64,000 nucleotides of DNA from an uncultured Solirubrobacteraceae bacterium. Its GTDB lineage: Bacteria; Actinomycetota; Thermoleophilia; Solirubrobacterales; Solirubrobacteraceae. Position 1 is the stretch's first letter; each line of letters begins with the position of its first letter. The notes under the pieces are model-generated. The model did no database searches, was not told the DNA's origin, and saw nothing but the letters and a program-made list of their open reading frames with translations. Positions 1 through 10,795 of this stretch are shown in pieces. A program made the translations under genes and the position numbers. The stretch covers positions 2,532,498-2,596,497 of the forward strand of contig OY970348.1 in the NCBI GenBank assembly GCA_963717665.1, written 5' to 3'.

Positions 1-160
1 CGACGTCGGCGATCGTCGTCTCGGCATAGCCCTGGTCGCTGACGCAGCGCCCCATCGCCCGCAGCAGGCGCTCGCGCTGGCGCGCTGAAACCTCGTCCGG
101 ATCGAGTGTGTGGCGCCCCGCCGGGATCAGGAGTTCATCGCTGATCTTGACAGAGTCCAT
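1..160 (-). CDS. TetR/AcrR-family regulator, N-terminal part (runs off the window edge)
   Basis: Manual translation from ATG at 160: MDSVKISDELLIPAGRHTLDPDEVSARQRERLLRAMGRCVSDQGYAETTIADV, a typical TetR HTH start (QRERLLxA...GYxxTTIADV). Confidence 0.85.
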   Translation of the reverse strand, partial: MDSVKISDELLIPAGRHTLDPDEVSARQRERLLRAMGRCVSDQGYAETTIADV

Positions 161-175
161 GGTGTTTATTATAGG

Positions 176-213
176 ATGTACGACGACGTACATTCAAGGG
201 TACGTTGGCGTAC
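176..213. promoter_or_regulatory. Two palindromic operators, probably TetR sites, in the divergent promoter
   Basis: ATGTACG-acga-CGTACAT (176-193) and GTACG-ttgg-CGTAC (200-213) lie between the tetR gene and the hydrolase gene. Confidence 0.7.
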
Positions 214-289
214 ACGCTTTGGTCGAAGGACGAGTCGGCCAAGGGGACGAGGGATTCATTCAAGGCAGGATGCAAAGGGAGGGAGCACG

Positions 290-3200
290 ATGTCCAAGCG
301 GCTAAAGCTGCTTATTTTGGCGTGCGTACTTGCGGGGCTGATGGTGCCCGCGGCGGCGAACGCAACGATTACACAGGTCTTCGGCAGCGTCACCTGCACG
401 ACACAGCCGTCCGGCGCGACCGCCGGGCAGCGTTGGTGCGGCAACACTTCGAACACGACGGTCGCGAGCTTCGACGGAACTCCGATCGACATCTCGGTCG
501 GGCTGCCCGTGGAAGCGAGCCCCGACAACAACTATCCGGTCGTCGGCATCTACCACGGGTGGGGCGGAACGAAGATCACCCCGTCGAGCTCGACGGCGCA
601 GCGCTGGCTGACCAAAGGCTACGCCGTATTCAGCATCAGCGACCGCGGCTGGGGATCATCCTGCGGGGGGCCCTCCAAACCGGCCAACACCGTCAAGGCG
701 GCACCGTGCGAACACGGCTACATCCACCTGATGAGCCGGCGCTACGAGGTTCGCGACGTGCAGACCCTGCTCGGCAAACTCGCCGACGAAGGCGTGATCA
801 ACCCGCAGGCGATTGGCGCCACCGGCGGCAGCTACGGCGGCGGCATGTCGCTGCAGCTCGGCTCGCTGAAGGACCGCGTCGAACTGACCAACGGCGAACT
901 GATCCCGTGGGAAAGCGCCGGTGGCAAAGCGATGAAAATCGCCGCGACCGCGCCGGAATACCCGTGGTCTGACATCGCGCAGGCCCTACAGCCGAACGGC
1001 AGCGGCCTGGATTACGTGTCTGACTCCACGTACGCCGGACCCTTGAAAAACCACCGCTTCGGTATCGAAAAGAACAACTGGAACTCATCGCTGTACCTGT
1101 CCGGCCAGCTGCTGGGCTACTACGGGCCGAACACCGACCCGGAAGCGAACCTGACCGAATGGCACAACTTCAACATCAAAGGCGGCCCCTACGACGGTGA
1201 ACCGCTGGCGATCCAGCAGGAAGAAATCCTGCCCAGGCACAGCGCGTACTACACGGACATGTCGGAGCCTCCGGCGCCGGCGCTGATGGAGAACGGCTGG
1301 AACGACGACCTCTTCCCGGTCGACGAAACGGTCAAGTACTACAACAAGGTCCGCTCGGTCTACCCGACCCAGCCGATCAAGCTGTTCTACCTGGACCTCG
1401 GGCACAACCCGCGTTCGGCATCGACGGTCTCGACCAGCGACGTCAACAAGCTGCAGAACCAGCAGAACCTGTGGTTTGCGTACTACCTGCGGGGCGAAGG
1501 AAGCGAACCGAACGGCGCGCAGGGCTCGGCGACGGCGATCACGAGCTTCTGCCCGCAAAGCTCAGGCGGCTCGGGAACCGAATTCAAAGCGGCCAACTGG
1601 TCGAGCCTCACACCGGGCGAGATCCGCACGAGCGGTGTGGCCGAACAGACGATCGTGGCTCCGGGGACGGGTCCGGCAAACGGATTCACCAGCGGAACCG
1701 TCTGCACCACGCAGGCCGCTGCGGACAACGTCTCGGCGGCCGAGTACCGGGTGTCCGCGGCGCCGGCCAGCGGCTACACGATCGTCGGCTCCTCGACGGT
1801 GATCGGCGAATTCTCGACCGTGGGCGCCAACGATCAGGTGATCGCGCGCCTCTACGACGAAAACGTCACAGCCAAAACGGAGCAGCTGATCGGCCGGCAG
1901 ACCTACCGTCCGCTGAATGTGGGCGAAGGGTTCACCAAGCAGATCTTCCAGCTGCACCCGCAGGCCTGGAACGTCGCCGCTGGACACGTGGTGAAGCTCG
2001 AGCTGCTCGTGCAGGACTCAACCTACGCGCGCACCTCGTCCTCGCCGCATTCCGTCCAGGTGAGGAACCTCGAACTGCGACTGCCGAGCACCGACGCGCC
2101 GGGAAGCGCCGAAGGACTCGTGCAGACGCCGCTCGCGAAGTTCCTGCCGCCCGGCTACACGCTGGCGCTGAACGTGGCGCCCGCGGGACCGACGGCACCG
2201 CACCTGACGAGCGGCTCCAACCCGAATGCCAACGGGCAGTTCTCGCTCGCCTGGGAATCCACCCAGGCCGCGACGAGCCCCAGCTACACCCTGCAGCACA
2301 AGAACGCATCAGGTGGCTGGAGCACGGTGGCGAGTGGGCTGAGCAGTCCGGAATACACCTTCGGCTCGGGTAACCCCGAGGGTGAAGGAACCTGGACCTA
2401 CCGGGTCACCGAGAGCAACGCAGGCCCCGAAGGCGAACCGTCATCGGCTTCTGAAGAAATCAAGGTCGACCAGTCCCCGCCCAACCCGCCGAGCGGCTCA
2501 GCCGATCGCGCCCCCGACTACGCCGCCGGCGGCGGTTGGTACAAGGACACGGTCACGGTCTCCTTCACCGACAACGGCGATCCGCTGCTCTCAGACGGGA
2601 GTGCCGGATCAGGCGTTGACCTGGGGACCCTGTCCGCCCCGCAGACGTTCAACACCGACGGCTCGCACACCGCGAGCGGTACGGTCGCCGACAACGTCGG
2701 CAACGTCTCCGGCGCAGGCACCCTGACCGTGCAGGTCGACGCCTCTGGACCGGTGGTCGAAGTCAACTGCCCGGCAACGGCAGCGGTCGGATCGAGTGCC
2801 AGCGCTTCGATCTCAGCCTCTGACGCGCAGTCCGGGCTGGCAAGTGACCCGTCGGGCACACAGCCGATCGACACGACCAAAACAGGCCCACAGACCACGG
2901 AAGCAAGCGCGACCGACAACGTCGGTCACTCGACCACCTCATCCTGCACCACGCAGGTGGTCAACACCAACGTGATCTCAGGGCACGTCAAGAAGAAGCT
3001 GATCGTCAAATCCGGCGAATCGGTCGAACTGACCTCTACGGCAGTGGTCGCCCAGGTCGAAGTCGAACCTGGTGGCTCCCTTGACGTGGAGGGCGCCACG
3101 ACCAAAGGCATCAAGGCCTCTGGCGCTGGCGTGCTGCGTATCTGCGGCGCCAAAGTCGGCTCGATCAAAGCCAGCGGGAGCACCGGTCCCGTGGTGATCG

Positions 3201-3448
3201 GCGACGGCGAAGGCTGCAGCGGCTCGAGCAGCTCAGCCGGAGCGGTGCTTCAGGGCAACAAAGCCGGCGTCACCGTGGTCGGCAACTCGTTCAAAGGCAG
3301 CGTCAAGGTCACCGGCAACTCAGGTGGCGTGACGGTGACCGGGAACACGATCACCAAGAACCTCACGGTGAGCGGTAACTCGGGCACCGTCGTTGACACT
3401 CCGAACACAGTCGGCGGCAAAACGAAAGCGCAGGCGCGCCGGCGCTAG
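290..3448 (+). CDS. Secreted CocE/NonD (peptidase S15-like) alpha/beta hydrolase with Fn3/Ig-like domains and a C-terminal Gly/Asn-rich beta-solenoid-like tail
   Basis: GGAGG RBS before ATG 290; signal peptide MSKRLKLLILACVLAGLMVPAAANA; HGWGG and GGSYGG nucleophile motifs; WNDDLFP and GH catalytic region; Fn3-like WTYRVT segment; VTGN repeats at the end. Confidence 0.75.
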   Translation: MSKRLKLLILACVLAGLMVPAAANATITQVFGSVTCTTQPSGATAGQRWCGNTSNTTVASFDGTPIDISVGLPVEASPDNNYPVVGIYHGWGGTKITPSSSTAQRWLTKGYAVFSISDRGWGSSCGGPSKPANTVKAAPCEHGYIHLMSRRYEVRDVQTLLGKLADEGVINPQAIGATGGSYGGGMSLQLGSLKDRVELTNGELIPWESAGGKAMKIAATAPEYPWSDIAQALQPNGSGLDYVSDSTYAGPLKNHRFGIEKNNWNSSLYLSGQLLGYYGPNTDPEANLTEWHNFNIKGGPYDGEPLAIQQEEILPRHSAYYTDMSEPPAPALMENGWNDDLFPVDETVKYYNKVRSVYPTQPIKLFYLDLGHNPRSASTVSTSDVNKLQNQQNLWFAYYLRGEGSEPNGAQGSATAITSFCPQSSGGSGTEFKAANWSSLTPGEIRTSGVAEQTIVAPGTGPANGFTSGTVCTTQAAADNVSAAEYRVSAAPASGYTIVGSSTVIGEFSTVGANDQVIARLYDENVTAKTEQLIGRQTYRPLNVGEGFTKQIFQLHPQAWNVAAGHVVKLELLVQDSTYARTSSSPHSVQVRNLELRLPSTDAPGSAEGLVQTPLAKFLPPGYTLALNVAPAGPTAPHLTSGSNPNANGQFSLAWESTQAATSPSYTLQHKNASGGWSTVASGLSSPEYTFGSGNPEGEGTWTYRVTESNAGPEGEPSSASEEIKVDQSPPNPPSGSADRAPDYAAGGGWYKDTVTVSFTDNGDPLLSDGSAGSGVDLGTLSAPQTFNTDGSHTASGTVADNVGNVSGAGTLTVQVDASGPVVEVNCPATAAVGSSASASISASDAQSGLASDPSGTQPIDTTKTGPQTTEASATDNVGHSTTSSCTTQVVNTNVISGHVKKKLIVKSGESVELTSTAVVAQVEVEPGGSLDVEGATTKGIKASGAGVLRICGAKVGSIKASGSTGPVVIGDGEGCSGSSSSAGAVLQGNKAGVTVVGNSFKGSVKVTGNSGGVTVTGNTITKNLTVSGNSGTVVDTPNTVGGKTKAQARRR

Positions 3449-3454
3449 GGGGAG

Positions 3455-3492
3455 GGGGCGGAAGCGGGCAGAGGGGGACCCGCTTCCGTCCC
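3455..3492 (+). terminator. GC-rich hairpin, probable terminator
   Basis: GGGGCGGAAGCGGG ... CCCGCTTCCGTCCC immediately after the stop at 3448. Confidence 0.55.
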
Positions 3493-3600
3493 GGGCTTGG
3501 CCGAGGCGCCGCAAGGACAGGCGCCTCGGCTCAGCTCGATGTTCGTCCCCTTCACGACGTGTGTAGCCTTGCGCGCGATGGCCGTGGGGAGACCGCAGCG

Positions 3601-5212
3601 ATGAGCACCGTCCGCGACGTCGACGTTCGAGCTGTTCCGCGAGCGCGGGATGACGACGATGTTCGGCAACCCCGGGTCGACCGAGCTGCCGATGCTCGGG
3701 CCGTTCCCGGACGACTTCCGCTACGTGCTCGGCCTGCAGGAGGCCGTCGCCGTCGGGATGGCCGACGGCTACGCGCAGGCCAGCGGCATGGTCACCCACG
3801 TCAACCTGCACACGGCGCCCGGGGTCGGCAACGGCGTCGGCGCGATCTTCAACGCGAAGGCCAACAAGGCGCCACTGCTCGTGACCGCCGGTCAGCAGGT
3901 CGCGCTCGCTGATCACGATGCAGGCCAACCTGACCAACCGCGACGCGGTCGAGGTGCCCAAGCCGTACGTCAAGTTCAGCGACGAGCCGCCGCGCGCGCA
4001 GGACGTCCCGTTCGCGCTCACGCAGGCGATCCACCACGCGAGCCTGCCGCCACGCGGCCCGGCGTTCGTGTCGATCCCGATGGACGACTGGCGGACGCGA
4101 GATCGAGCCGGTCGACTACGTCACGCAGATCGCGCGCACCGTCGACGGACGCGCGCAGCCCGATCCGACGCAGATCGACGACCTCGCCGCAGCGCCTGCG
4201 CTGCCGCCGCCGACCCGTGCTCGTCGCCGGCCCCGACATCGACGCCTCCGGGCGGCTGGGACGCGGCGATCGCGCTCGCCGAGCGCAGCGCCTGCCCGTG
4301 TGGGCCTCGCCGCCGACCGGCGGCGGGCGGCTCGGCTTCCCCGAGAACCACCCCGCCTTCCAGGGCATGCTGCGCCCCGGCCGTCGGCCCGCTCGCGCAG
4401 ATGCTCGAGGGCTACGACCTCGTGCTCGTCGCCGGCTCGTCGGTGTTCCCGTACTACCCGAACATCCCCGGCGAGTTCCTCCCCGGCGCCGCCCAGCTCG
4501 TCGCGATCACGAGCGACGCCGACGAGGCGGCGCGCGCGCCGATGGGCGACGCGATCGTCGCCGACGTCGGGCTCACGCTGCGGCGCTCGTCGACGGCGCT
4601 GAGCGAGCCGGCCGCCGACCGCGAGCCGCCGCCGGCGCGCGTCGAGCTCGAGCCGTACGCGCTCGGCGAGCCGCTCTCCGGCGGCGACGTCCACGCGATC
4701 TCGCCGGGCTGTTTCCCCGACGACGGGATCATCGTGCTCGAGTCGCCCTCGAGCACCGCCGCGCTGCGCAACCAGCTGCGCCTGTCGCGCCCCGGCTCGT
4801 ACTACTTCGCGGCCGGCGGCGGGCTCGGCTTCGGGCTTGCCGCCTCGCTCGGCGTCCAGCTCGCCGAGCCCGAGCCGCCCGGTCGTCTGCGTGCTCGGCG
4901 AGGGCTCGGCGCAGTACGCGATCACCGCCTTCTGGACCGCGGCCGCGTACGACGTCCCGGTCAAGTTCCTCGTGCTGCGCAACAACGAGTACTCGATCCT
5001 CAAGTGGTTCGCGCGCGCTCGAGAACGTGACCGGCGCGCCGGCGCTCGACCTGCCGGGGCTCGACGTCGCCGCGACCGCCCAGAGCTACGGCGTGCCCGG
5101 CGTCACCGTCGTCGGTCGCGACGCGCTCGACGCGGCGCTGGCCGATGCGCTCGCTGCCGACGGACCGCGGCTCGTGCAGGTCGACGTCGCGCCCGGGATG
5201 TCGCTCGCTTGA
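3601..5212 (+). CDS. mdlC: Benzoylformate decarboxylase-like ThDP enzyme (frameshifted in this sequence)
   Basis: FGNPGSTELP, LQEAVAVGMADGYAQA, NLHTAPGVGN, GGLGFG and GEGSAQY...NNEY ThDP motifs are spread over several frames. Confidence 0.8.
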
Positions 5213-8176
5213 CGGCGCGCGCGCCGCTGCTCTCCCCCGACACGCGGCGCATCGGCCGTCCGCCCGGACCCGCCTTCCCCGACCGCGCACCCGATTCGCT
5301 CGCCGCCGGCACGCCGCAGCCGCTGCGCGACGAGCTCGATCGCGCTGCTCGGCGCCGACCGCGTGCTGCACCGCGCGATCGACCTCGTCGCGCTACGCCT
5401 CCGACGCGAGTCCCTACCGCCTGCTGCCCGCCGTCGTCGTGATCGCGCACGACGTCGACGACGTCGGCAAGACGATCGCCTACGCGCGCGAGCACGGCCT
5501 CCGCCGTCAACTTCCGCGGCGGCGGCACGAGCCTCAACGGCCAGGCGCAGACCGACGGGATCATGATCGACGTGCGCCGGCACTGGTTCTCGCGCGTGCG
5601 GGTCGAGGACGACGGCGCGCGCGCGCGGCTCGGGCCCGGCACGCTGCTCGGACTCGCCAACAGCGTGCTCGCGCGTCACGGCCACAAGCTCGGCCCCGAC
5701 CCGGCGAGCAAAGAGATCGCGACGATCGGCGGCGTGATCGCCAACAACTCCGGCGGCATGCGCTGCGGCGTGCACGTGGGACTCCTACTCGACCGTCGAG
5801 TCGCTGACGCTCGTGCTCGCCTCCGGCACCGTGATCGACACCGCCGCGCCCGACGCCGAGCAGCGCTTCGCCGCCGCCGAGCCCGAGCTCGCGCAGGGGC
5901 TGCTGGAGCTGCGCGACGAGCTGCTCGCCGACGAGGAGCTCGCCGAGCGCGTCCGGCGCAAGTACGAGATCAAGAACGTCACCGGCTACCGGCTGTGCGC
6001 GCTGCTCGACGCCGAGACGCCGCTCGAGATCTTCCGCCGGCTCGTCGTCGGCTCGCGAGGGCACGCTCGCGTTCGTCGCCGAGGCCGTGCTGCGCACGCG
6101 GCCCGAGCCCGCACGCACGACGCTCGCGTGGGTGCACTTCGCGAACATCGACGACGCGGCCGCCGCCGTGCCGGCGCTCGTCGCCGCCGGCGCGCGCGCG
6201 ACCGAGCTGATGGTCGCACCGGCGCTGATCGCCGCCGCGTGGAACATCGACGGCAGCCCCGAGCACTGGCGCGAGCTGCCGCCCGAGTCGGCCGCGCTGC
6301 TCGTCGAGTTCGGCGGCGCCGACGAGGGTCGAGCTCGACGCCGGCGAGGCCGCCGCCGTGCGCGTCCTCGACGGCCATCGAGCTGATCCTGCCCGTGCGC
6401 TTCGCCCGCGACGCGCGAGGAGATCGAGCTGGCCTGGCGCGTGCGCGAGGGCCTGTTCGGGCTGGTCGGCGGCTGCGCCTGCCCGGGCACGGCGCTGATC
6501 ATCGAGGACGTCTGCGTGCGCCCCGACGCGGATCGCCGAGTGCGCGCGCGATCTGCAGGCGCTGCTCGGCAAGCACGGCTTCCTCGTCGGCGTCGCCGGC
6601 CACGCCTCGGCCGGCAACCTGCACTTCCAGCTGACGCCCGACTTCTCCAAGCCGGCGAGGACCTCGAGCGCTACGACGCGTTCATGGAGTGAGCTCGTCG
6701 AGCTGATCGTCGACAAGTACGACGGTTCGCTGAAGGCCGAGCACGGCACCGGCGTGAACATGGCGCCGTACGTCGAGCGCGAGTGGGGTGCGAAGGCGAC
6801 GGCGATGATGTGGCGGATCAAGCAGCTCGCCGACCCGGACGGAGTGCTCAATCCCGGGCGTCGGTGCTCAATCGCGACCCCGATGTGCACCTTAGCGACC
6901 TGAAGACGCCAACCGCCGATCGAGGAGAGCGCCGCCCATTGCGTCGAGTGCGGCTTCTGCGAGCCCGTCTGCCCGAGCCGCAACGTGACGACGACGCCGC
7001 GCCAGCGGATCGTGATCCGCCGCGAGATGGCGCGCCAGGCAGGAGGGCTCGCCGGTGCTACGAGGCGCTGCTGGCCGACTACGAGTACGACGCGCTGCAG
7101 ACGTGCGCCGCCGACGGCAGTTGCAAGCAGGTCTGCCCGCGTGGCGATCGACACCGGTGCGCTGTGAAGGAGCTTCCGCCGCCGCGAGCGCACGCCGCGC
7201 GAGGAGCGGTCGCGCTCGCGCTGGCCAAGCGCTACGCGAGCGTCGAGCGCGCCGCGCGCGCTGGTCTGGCGGAGCCAGGGTCGCCTCGTCGGTGCTCGGC
7301 GAGCGCACCGTCGCGAAGCTGCCCGAGCTGCTGCGCCGGCGGGTCAGCGCCGAGCTCGTGCCGACGCTGCCGGAAAGCATGCCCGCGCCCGCTCCGGCCG
7401 CGCTGCCGAGCACCTCGCGCGAGGGCGCCGCCGCCGTCTACCTGCCCGCCTGCATCAACCGCATCTTCGGCGGTCCTGGGGGCGGAGCAGCGGGCGAGCC
7501 GTCGCTGCCGCAGGCGCTCGTCGATGTCTCGCACGTGCCGGGCTGCCGCTATGGATCCCGCCGGACGCCACCGGCCACTGCTGCGCGACGCCGTGGAGCT
7601 CGAAGGGCTACCGCCGCGGGCAGGACCACATGGCGGCGAAGACCGCCGCCGCGCTGTGGCGCTGGAGCGACGGCGGCGAGCTGCCCGTCGTGATCGACGC
7701 CAGCTCGTGCGCGCAGGGCCTGATCGAGGAGCTCGCGCCGCGCCTGGGAGAGGCCGAGCGCGAGCGCTTCGCCCAGATCGAGGTGCTCGACTCGATCGCG
7801 TGGTGCCACGACCGGCTGCTTGCCCGCCTGCAGGTGCCGCGTAAGGTCGCGAGCGTCGCCGTGCATCCGACGTGCGCCGTCTCACAGCTCGGCCTCGCCG
7901 GCAAGCTCGAGGCGCTCGCCGGGGCGATCGCCGAGCGCGTGCTCGTGCCCGCCGCGACGAGCTGCTGCGGCATGGCCGGCGACCGCGGCCTCTTGCACCC
8001 CGAGCTGCCCGCCTCCGGCACACGCGACGTCGCCGCCGAGCTGTCCGGCGCAGCCGTGTCAGGAGCACCTGTGCAGCAACCGCACGTGCGAGATCGCGCT
8101 GCAGCGAGGTCGACGGGCGCGCCCCTATGCCTCGTTCGTGCTGCTGCTCGAGCGGCTCACGCGGACGACGGCGTGA
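5209..8176 (+). CDS. FAD-binding plus 4Fe-4S D-2-hydroxyacid (D-lactate dehydrogenase-like) oxidoreductase (frameshifted)
   Basis: GGTSLNGQ, GPDPAS..ATIGGVIANNSGG, GHASAGNLHF, LKAEHGTG, CVECGFCEPVCPS and CCGMAGDRG motifs across frames. Confidence 0.8.
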
Positions 8177-8220
8177 TCGCCCCTCGGCCGACCGCCCGTA
8201 TATGTAGAGTGCCGACCTCG

Positions 8221-8955
8221 ATGCGTCTCCGACTCTCCATCCGCGGGCTGATCGCGTTCGCGGCGCTGACGCTGCTGATCGCCGTGCTCGCAGGCTGCGG
8301 CGGGGGCTCGTCCTCCTCCTCGTCGGCCTCCTCAGGCAACGGCGTGGCCGACAAATCGCCGGCCGACATCCTCGCCGCCACGAAAGTCGCCGCCGACGCG
8401 GCCAAGACGGTGCACGTATCGGGCTCGATCGTCAGCGACGGTTCGCCGATCACGCTCGACATGAACCTGCTCGCCGGCAAGGGCGGTCGCGGCCAGCTCT
8501 CCGAGAGCGGGCTGGCCTTCGAACTGATCCAGGTCGGCAAGACCGTCTACATCAAAGGCAGCCCGGCGTTCTACAAGAAGATCGGCGGCACCGCGGCGGC
8601 GCAGCTCCTGCAGGGCAAGTGGCTGAAGGCGCCCGCGAGCAACTCCGACTTCGCCTCGCTCAGCCAGCTGACCGACCTGCGCCAGCTCGTCGACCAGACG
8701 CTCGAAAACCACGGCAGCTCGCTGAGCAAGATCGGCAGCTCGACGGTCGCCGGGCAGAAGGTCGTCGGCATCACCGACAAGACCAAGGGCGGCACGCTGT
8801 ACATCGCCGCGACCGGTCAGCCTTACCCCGTCCAGATCGCCAAGACCGGCTCGGGCGGCGGCAAGATCTCCTTCGACCGCTGGAACAGCTCCGTGACGCT
8901 CGCGGCGCCGGCGAACGCGATCGACGTGGCACAGCTGCAGCACGCTGGGCAGTAG
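8221..8955 (+). CDS. Lipoprotein (LppX/LolA-like fold candidate)
   Basis: Signal peptide with lipobox LAGC, Ser-rich linker, beta-rich body ending in FDRWNSSVTLAAP. Confidence 0.65.
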   Translation: MRLRLSIRGLIAFAALTLLIAVLAGCGGGSSSSSSASSGNGVADKSPADILAATKVAADAAKTVHVSGSIVSDGSPITLDMNLLAGKGGRGQLSESGLAFELIQVGKTVYIKGSPAFYKKIGGTAAAQLLQGKWLKAPASNSDFASLSQLTDLRQLVDQTLENHGSSLSKIGSSTVAGQKVVGITDKTKGGTLYIAATGQPYPVQIAKTGSGGGKISFDRWNSSVTLAAPANAIDVAQLQHAGQ

Positions 8956-9276
8956 CACGGATCGCCGGTTCGCCGGCCTAGATCATTCGTCCACCCCCCT
9001 GGAGGCGCTTCAAGCGCGCCGCGGGCTTGGCCGACCGCGTGATTACGCAGCTTGTGACTGTTTCCGATTGGCCGTTGTCCCCCCGTGAGCGGAGTTACCC
9101 AAGTCAGTTTCCGACGGCCCGCCCAGCGTGGGAAGTCATCCGCTCGCCTCGATGGCGCGCCCGACACGCGCAAGGCGAGCCGGCGACGCGGTCGCGCCGG
9201 CGACGGTTTGTCCGGGGGTCGGCGGGGTAAGCTCGATCGGGTGGGGCGCCAGACCGTAGACCCGGGGAGTGGGCGA

Positions 9277-10785
9277 ATGCTGCCCGACGACGGTCCGCAG
9301 CGCAGCGCAGGCGGGCTCGTCTGGGTACCGCTCGCGGTCGTCGCGGTGGCCGGGATCGTGGGCGCCGTGCTCGCGGGCTCCTGGGCGATCCGGATCGTCT
9401 GCCTCGCGGTGCTCGCCGTATCGGCGATCGTGCTCGGCTGGCGCTTCGGCGAGAGCCGGCGCACCGCGCTCGAGGAGGAGATCGACGGGCGCTCGCACGA
9501 GCTCAGGCGCGCCCTGTCGGAGCTCGAGATCGCGCAGACGGAGACCGTTCGACGCCTCTCGATGGCGGTCGAGTTTCGCGACGAGGACACCGGCGCGCAC
9601 ATCGAGCGCATCGGGCGCCTCTCGACGCTGCTGGCCGAGCAGATCGGGATGGAGCCGGACTTCTGCGAGCAGCTCAGCCACGCGGCGCCGCTGCACGACG
9701 TGGGCAAGGTCGCGATCCCCGACGCGATCCTGCTGAAGCCAGGACCGCTGACGCCGGAGGAGCGTGCGATCGTCGAGACGCACGCCGAGGAGGGGCACCG
9801 CCTGCTGCGCGGGTCGTCCTCCTCGATCCTCGAGATGGCGACGATCATCGCGCTGAGCCACCAGGAGAAGTGGGATGGCACGGGCTACCCGCGCGGGTTG
9901 ACCGGCGAGGCGATCCCGATCGAGGGGCGCATCGTCGCGATCGCAGACGTGTTCGACGCGCTCACGAGCGACCGCGTCTATCGCAAGGCCTTCCCCGTCG
10001 AGGAGGCGGTGCAGATGATGCGCGAACAGCGCGGCCACCACTTCGACCCGGTGCTGCTCGACGCGTTCATGGAAGTGCTCGAAAGCTCCAGCCCGGACGC
10101 GCGCGAGAAGCAGCGCACCGACCCGAGCGAACTCGTCGAGAGCACGCTCGAGACCTACGGCACGGCGCTCGAGCGCGGCGACGCCGAGACGGCCGAGGGC
10201 GCGATCGCGCAGGCGATCGAGGACGGCATCCCCGCGACGACGCTGCACGGCGAGGTGATCGCTCCCGCGCTCGCACGCATCCGCGAGCTGCACGGCGCGG
10301 GCGACATCGACTCAGACCGCGAACGTCTGGCAAAGGGCATCACCCGGCGAGTGCTCGCGACGCTCTACCGATACATGGTCGGCAACGCCGAGCCCACGCG
10401 CGAGCGCGTGCTGCTGGCCGGCATGGAGGGCGACGAGCACGCGCTCGAGCTGCAGATGATGCACGACCAGATCGCGGCCGCAGGCTACGAGACGGTGTTC
10501 GACACAGACCTCTCGATCGAGCGCCTGCAGTCGACCGTCGCAAGCCAGTCGCCCGCGGTGATCCTGCTGGGCGCGACCGACGGCGGGGACTCGCAGGCGA
10601 TCGCCGATGCCGTCGAGCAGCTGCACGCCGCCCACCCGGGCATCCCGATCGTGCTCGGCGGCGCGGCCGTCGGCGGCGCGCTGCCGGTCTCGCACAACGG
10701 CATGCGCGTGCTCGAGCGGATCGACGAGGCTGTCGAAGCGGTCGAGGAACAGCTCGCCCAGCGCCCCCAGGCAGCGTCGCTGTAG
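9277..10785 (+). CDS. Membrane-anchored HD-GYP c-di-GMP phosphodiesterase with a C-terminal cobalamin-binding-like domain
   Basis: Two TM helices; EFRDEDTGAH, LHDVGK, HQEKWDGTGYP and DVFDALTSDRVYR motifs; C-terminal helix bundle plus Rossmann domain with DEH and GGAA. Confidence 0.85.
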   Translation: MLPDDGPQRSAGGLVWVPLAVVAVAGIVGAVLAGSWAIRIVCLAVLAVSAIVLGWRFGESRRTALEEEIDGRSHELRRALSELEIAQTETVRRLSMAVEFRDEDTGAHIERIGRLSTLLAEQIGMEPDFCEQLSHAAPLHDVGKVAIPDAILLKPGPLTPEERAIVETHAEEGHRLLRGSSSSILEMATIIALSHQEKWDGTGYPRGLTGEAIPIEGRIVAIADVFDALTSDRVYRKAFPVEEAVQMMREQRGHHFDPVLLDAFMEVLESSSPDAREKQRTDPSELVESTLETYGTALERGDAETAEGAIAQAIEDGIPATTLHGEVIAPALARIRELHGAGDIDSDRERLAKGITRRVLATLYRYMVGNAEPTRERVLLAGMEGDEHALELQMMHDQIAAAGYETVFDTDLSIERLQSTVASQSPAVILLGATDGGDSQAIADAVEQLHAAHPGIPIVLGGAAVGGALPVSHNGMRVLERIDEAVEAVEEQLAQRPQAASL

Positions 10786-10795
10786 ATTACGCGCC

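Noticed and set aside
110-289. N-terminal extension of the 1112-aa ORF
   Set aside because: It overlaps the tetR start and the operators; the RBS and signal peptide point to ATG 290.
7630-8955. Apparent fusion of an Fe-S dehydrogenase C-terminus to a lipoprotein
   Set aside because: Created by a frameshift near 8050; the lipoprotein has its own signal peptide from 8221.
8960-9270. Possible cobalamin or c-di-GMP riboswitch upstream of the HD-GYP gene
   Set aside because: I could not identify the conserved cores by eye; an Infernal/Rfam scan would be needed.
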